From NCBI GenBank assembly GCA_019058015.1, contig JAHLWH010000244.1, forward strand, positions 1 through 19,720: 19,720 nucleotides of DNA. Direction: 5' to 3'. Shown piece after piece: positions 16,623 to 19,720 of the stretch (positions are counted from its first letter, which is position 1; every line of letters begins with the position of its first letter). Source of the stretch: Promethearchaeota archaeon (GTDB lineage Archaea; Asgardarchaeota; Lokiarchaeia; Sigyniarchaeales; SOKP01). The notes beneath the pieces were generated by a model, which made no database searches, was not told where the DNA came from, and worked only from the letters and a program-made list of their open reading frames with translations. A program made the translations under genes and the position numbers.

Positions 16623-18731
16623 TTATATTACCTCAGTTGTTTTATTGGCATTCACAAAATCAAGTGTTAACCTCTGTCCATTATATTCTATTACTGTTTT
16701 CATAGTACCAAACGTTTGGTTGCAAAAAGGATTTTCAAACCGTTCATATGGATCAAGATCTACTTTTTGATTGTTAGCATACATTGGTCCATCCCATCCC
16801 ACTTTAATTTTACCTTGGGAAGGTGAATCATAAATAATATCATAGCCTATTGATCTTTCGGTGATTTCTATTTTAGCATTTAAAATTTGATTCATAAAAT
16901 CTTCATAAGAATTGAATTGAGCGTCATTATTACTTCCAAGCTCTACTATCCATGTGTTCTTTTTTCCTTCTGCTCTTAACTTGTAATTACTTTTCCATTC
17001 TACTGAATTATAAGAATAGAGTGCTATATAGCTGTCATTTCTACGTCCAAACACCCACTTGCCAGTTTGATTCCATTCATTAAATGCCCAACATGGGAAA
17101 TATGCGTGGGTATAAGATGGTTCAGCAAGCAATAGTTCTAAAACTAATTCTAAGAATAGAGATTGTGCTCGGCGATCGTATTGAATAATTCCCACATTCT
17201 TATGGAGTGTAGCTCGAGGTTTCCAGCCACTTGTAAATTGCTGTTTACTAGCACTTAGACCACTGGGAGAACTGGTGAATACAGTAGCGTTCTTATCCAA
17301 ACATGCTTGCCAAATTAGCTCTTGTAGCCCATTCATTCCTTTTTGATGATCTTGTACGCCAGAGAGTTGATAGTATGGTGTCTTATAGGTATAGGTATTT
17401 GCTGTTTCGAGAGCTACACCTTGCGTGATATCCTTTATACGTGCACTAAGATCGTTTAAGGAACTTCCATATATGGTGGAGCCGATTTCAAATAAGTCTA
17501 CAAACGCTTCATCATTGAATATTAATTTAGGGGCTAAATTATAGGTATTCATTAAATCTAAAGAAGATTCCAAAATATTAGGGCCTGCGGGTGCGGACAT
17601 CGGCCACCAAAACATCAGATCTGATTGCGTTTCATATCCAAATCCATAATCAGGACCCTGAGAGATATCTATGTTATTTCTTGATTTATGAATATATTCA
17701 TCTGCATTGGCAGTCGCATTTGCTATATCTTCCAAAATTTTAGGGGTTGAATAATTTCCTGTAGATATAAAAACTGCTGCACTATTCCCTCCGCTAATGA
17801 TTTCTTCAGATCCAATTCCTAACATTAACCATGCAGGTTCTACTGTTGATTCCTCTTCCGGTAAGTCTGTTATTGCGGTCCCAACTTGTTTTTCATCTTC
17901 TGTTCTTCCGTGTGCGGTGGCATACACTCCTTTATAATAATTATTAGCCAAATCAAAGCCAATTAAATCAACAATCATTTCCGCTTTCGTTGCTATAGTA
18001 TCATTTTCTGCAAAATCTACTAAATTTAGTAATGCGGTTAGGTCTAAGCAATAATAAATATTTGAATGCCATTCCGCAAATCCTAATTCTGCCCTCCAAT
18101 CTAACCAGCGATTTATTAAGGGAAGTGCATGCTCAACATGTTCAATTCCAGTCATATTGGAATTTGGAAAATTTGAGTCTGGAAATAATTGTCCCGCTAA
18201 CAATTCAGCCGTATGAAAGAGTATCATATGGTTTTCTGTCCAAAAGATCATCTCATCAGGACCTGGCTCTGTAAACCAATATTTAAAATTCAAAATAGAT
18301 TCTCTAATGCTGGTATTCAGATTTGTTGGAATATTATACTTTCCTTTATCCAAATACATCATCCGAAGTAAGCTATTCATATCGAAATCGGATGTATCTT
18401 TCCTTTCATTAATCTTATCTATAGATCCATTAATTTCTACTTCATTAAAGTTTGTCTCATTTAAATAGACTTTAGCACATTGAGCATCTAACCCACTACT
18501 CTTGTTTGCAGAGTCGAGATATAAGTCTTTCCGCTCGGTAAAATTCAAATTAGAAATATAGTATGATGAAGGATGTGCATAATCGCTAAGATCGTCATTT
18601 ATGTCCCCATCTTTACTCATCCCTGTGTCGAGTGGAATGAGAATTGTTACTGAAATAATTATCGGCATAAGCACCAATATTCCGACGAGAATAATTAGTT
18701 GAATGTATTTTTTCATATGCATCATTTTCAT
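16623..18731 (-). CDS. Secreted or membrane-anchored protein of unknown function, probable alpha/alpha-toroid (heparinase II/III / alginate-lyase-like) fold
   Basis: N-terminal KK plus hydrophobic helix (IQLIILVGILVLMPIIISVTILIPL). Conserved-looking FWTENH, GFAEWHSNIYY and AHGR. 14 N-x-S/T sequons counted. The fold call is inferential. Confidence 0.6.
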   Translation of the reverse strand: MKMMHMKKYIQLIILVGILVLMPIIISVTILIPLDTGMSKDGDINDDLSDYAHPSSYYISNLNFTERKDLYLDSANKSSGLDAQCAKVYLNETNFNEVEINGSIDKINERKDTSDFDMNSLLRMMYLDKGKYNIPTNLNTSIRESILNFKYWFTEPGPDEMIFWTENHMILFHTAELLAGQLFPDSNFPNSNMTGIEHVEHALPLINRWLDWRAELGFAEWHSNIYYCLDLTALLNLVDFAENDTIATKAEMIVDLIGFDLANNYYKGVYATAHGRTEDEKQVGTAITDLPEEESTVEPAWLMLGIGSEEIISGGNSAAVFISTGNYSTPKILEDIANATANADEYIHKSRNNIDISQGPDYGFGYETQSDLMFWWPMSAPAGPNILESSLDLMNTYNLAPKLIFNDEAFVDLFEIGSTIYGSSLNDLSARIKDITQGVALETANTYTYKTPYYQLSGVQDHQKGMNGLQELIWQACLDKNATVFTSSPSGLSASKQQFTSGWKPRATLHKNVGIIQYDRRAQSLFLELVLELLLAEPSYTHAYFPCWAFNEWNQTGKWVFGRRNDSYIALYSYNSVEWKSNYKLRAEGKKNTWIVELGSNNDAQFNSYEDFMNQILNAKIEITERSIGYDIIYDSPSQGKIKVGWDGPMYANNQKVDLDPYERFENPFCNQTFGTMKTVIEYNGQRLTLDFVNANKTTEVI

Positions 18732-19089
18732 TTCAATTTTTAATTAGATTTTTTAGATCTTTCGTTTTATACTTAAAAGTTAAGAATATTATCATTAATA
18801 CTGATTATATACCTAATAAATCTTGCTTAATAACTGTGTCTTAGAAATTTTTAAATTGTTCATTTTGATACTAAAACATTCATGAAAAATAAAAAATCAA
18901 AAGAGAATAGCTGAGAGTCTTTGAACTGTAATTAGAATAACTAAGTTCTGGATTGGATGTTAGGGAAATTCAACGGAAGTATGAGATCGAAGAAATGAAT
19001 ATGTCTGTGACTATCTAATAAAAAGATCTCATTACAAGTTTCTCTATAAATAAAGAATTGATAATTATAAAAAAAGATAAAAAAAATGG

Positions 19090-19425
19090 TTATACTTTCT
19101 CTAATTCCATCTCTTTAATTGCTTTAGCACTTCTAAAAGGAAGATCCTCAACAGACTCTCCTGCTCTGTACTTAAACTTTTCTTGAAATTGTTCATTTAA
19201 TGATTGAAAGATAAGAGAAAGAGGGAGATCCATAGGACAGTTATTCGCACATGAACCGCACTCTATACATCGGTCAGCATCATGAGCTATCCGAGTTAAT
19301 TGATACGTAATATTATTAATGTTCTTATCTTTACGTTTTTTTTGAAGTATGCAATCCACGCAATAACAGACTGAGCAAGCTCTTATACACATACCACACA
19401 TCGTACATTGCGAAACTGCGAAACT
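19090..19425 (-). pseudogene. C-terminal 2x[4Fe-4S] part of an FdhB/FrhB-type (F420-dependent dehydrogenase beta subunit-like) protein, 5'-truncated
   Basis: CTMCGMCIRACSVCYCVDC...RIAHDADRCIECGSCANNCPMDLPL matches the FdhB-type C-terminal pattern. The first Cys lies upstream of the track ATG, and the frame is closed by TAA at 19426-19428, so the N-terminal domains are absent. Confidence 0.72.
19409..19425. repeat. Tandem 8-bp direct duplication TGCGAAAC-TGCGAAAC-T
   Basis: Directly visible at the truncation point of the 4Fe-4S gene. Confidence 0.7.
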
Positions 19426-19720
19426 TTATTCAGTTACGGATCCGGCAGTTCAGGAAGATAAAAATATTGATACTTTAATTCTAAAAAAAATGATCCCTAA
19501 ATTTGTAAAAGCGGGAATTAATCTAGAAACAACCACAGAAATAGAAGATAAAAGAATAATGGAGTTGATTCATTTTAGTTTTTGGGTGGTTACAAAAGAT
19601 AGTGATGACATTTAAATTTTTTCGCAATCATTTTATTTCAAATTATAGCGAGATATTGCTCCCAGAATTGAAAATAATTTTGATACCACCTATTCAGTTT
19701 AATTCTTCTATGTTTGAAAT

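Noticed and set aside
2281-18274. Short antisense ORFs (2281-2502, 3841-4029, 4245-4541, 4282-4485, 5591-5776, 7985-8299, 11397-11612, 15299-15508, 16346-16576, 16573-16770, 18032-18274)
   Set aside because: All overlap well-supported genes on the opposite strand and lack motifs or convincing RBS.
18975-19040. Eukaryote-like SECIS downstream of the 4Fe-4S gene
   Set aside because: ATGA...GA is present, but the intervening helix does not pair and the gene fragment has no in-frame TGA.
19630-19720. CRISPR-repeat-like words (ATTTCAAA, GAATTGAAA, GTTTGAAAT)
   Set aside because: No repeated 25-40 bp unit with regular spacing; such words are expected in AT-rich DNA.

Overview
AT-rich window, probably from an archaeon and plausibly Asgard/Lokiarchaeia-like. 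This is inference from GGTGA/GAGGT ribosome-binding motifs, a DGGGP-synthase-like UbiA homolog, an FdhB/FrhB-type ferredoxin fragment and a sequon-rich secreted protein. The core (2165-14826) is a ~12.7 kb putative carbohydrate uptake and oxidative catabolism cluster: MFS transporter, Zn-dependent dehydrogenase, a 939-aa GH38/GH57-like protein, DapA-family lyase, OYE-type flavoprotein with a C-terminal Cys motif, a ThuA + Gfo/Idh/MocA pair, an SdhA/NadB-like FAD protein and an SDR. Insertion sequences flank it. On the left are an IS630 tail and an ISL3-like element with imperfect TIRs, an A9 frameshift site and an internal TGA; on the right is a truncated IS256/MULE-like transposase. Downstream lie a probable two-gene operon (secreted alpha-toroid lyase-like glycoprotein plus a UbiA homolog lacking its catalytic aspartates) and a rearrangement scar with a truncated 4Fe-4S gene. 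No RNA genes or CRISPR arrays were seen.
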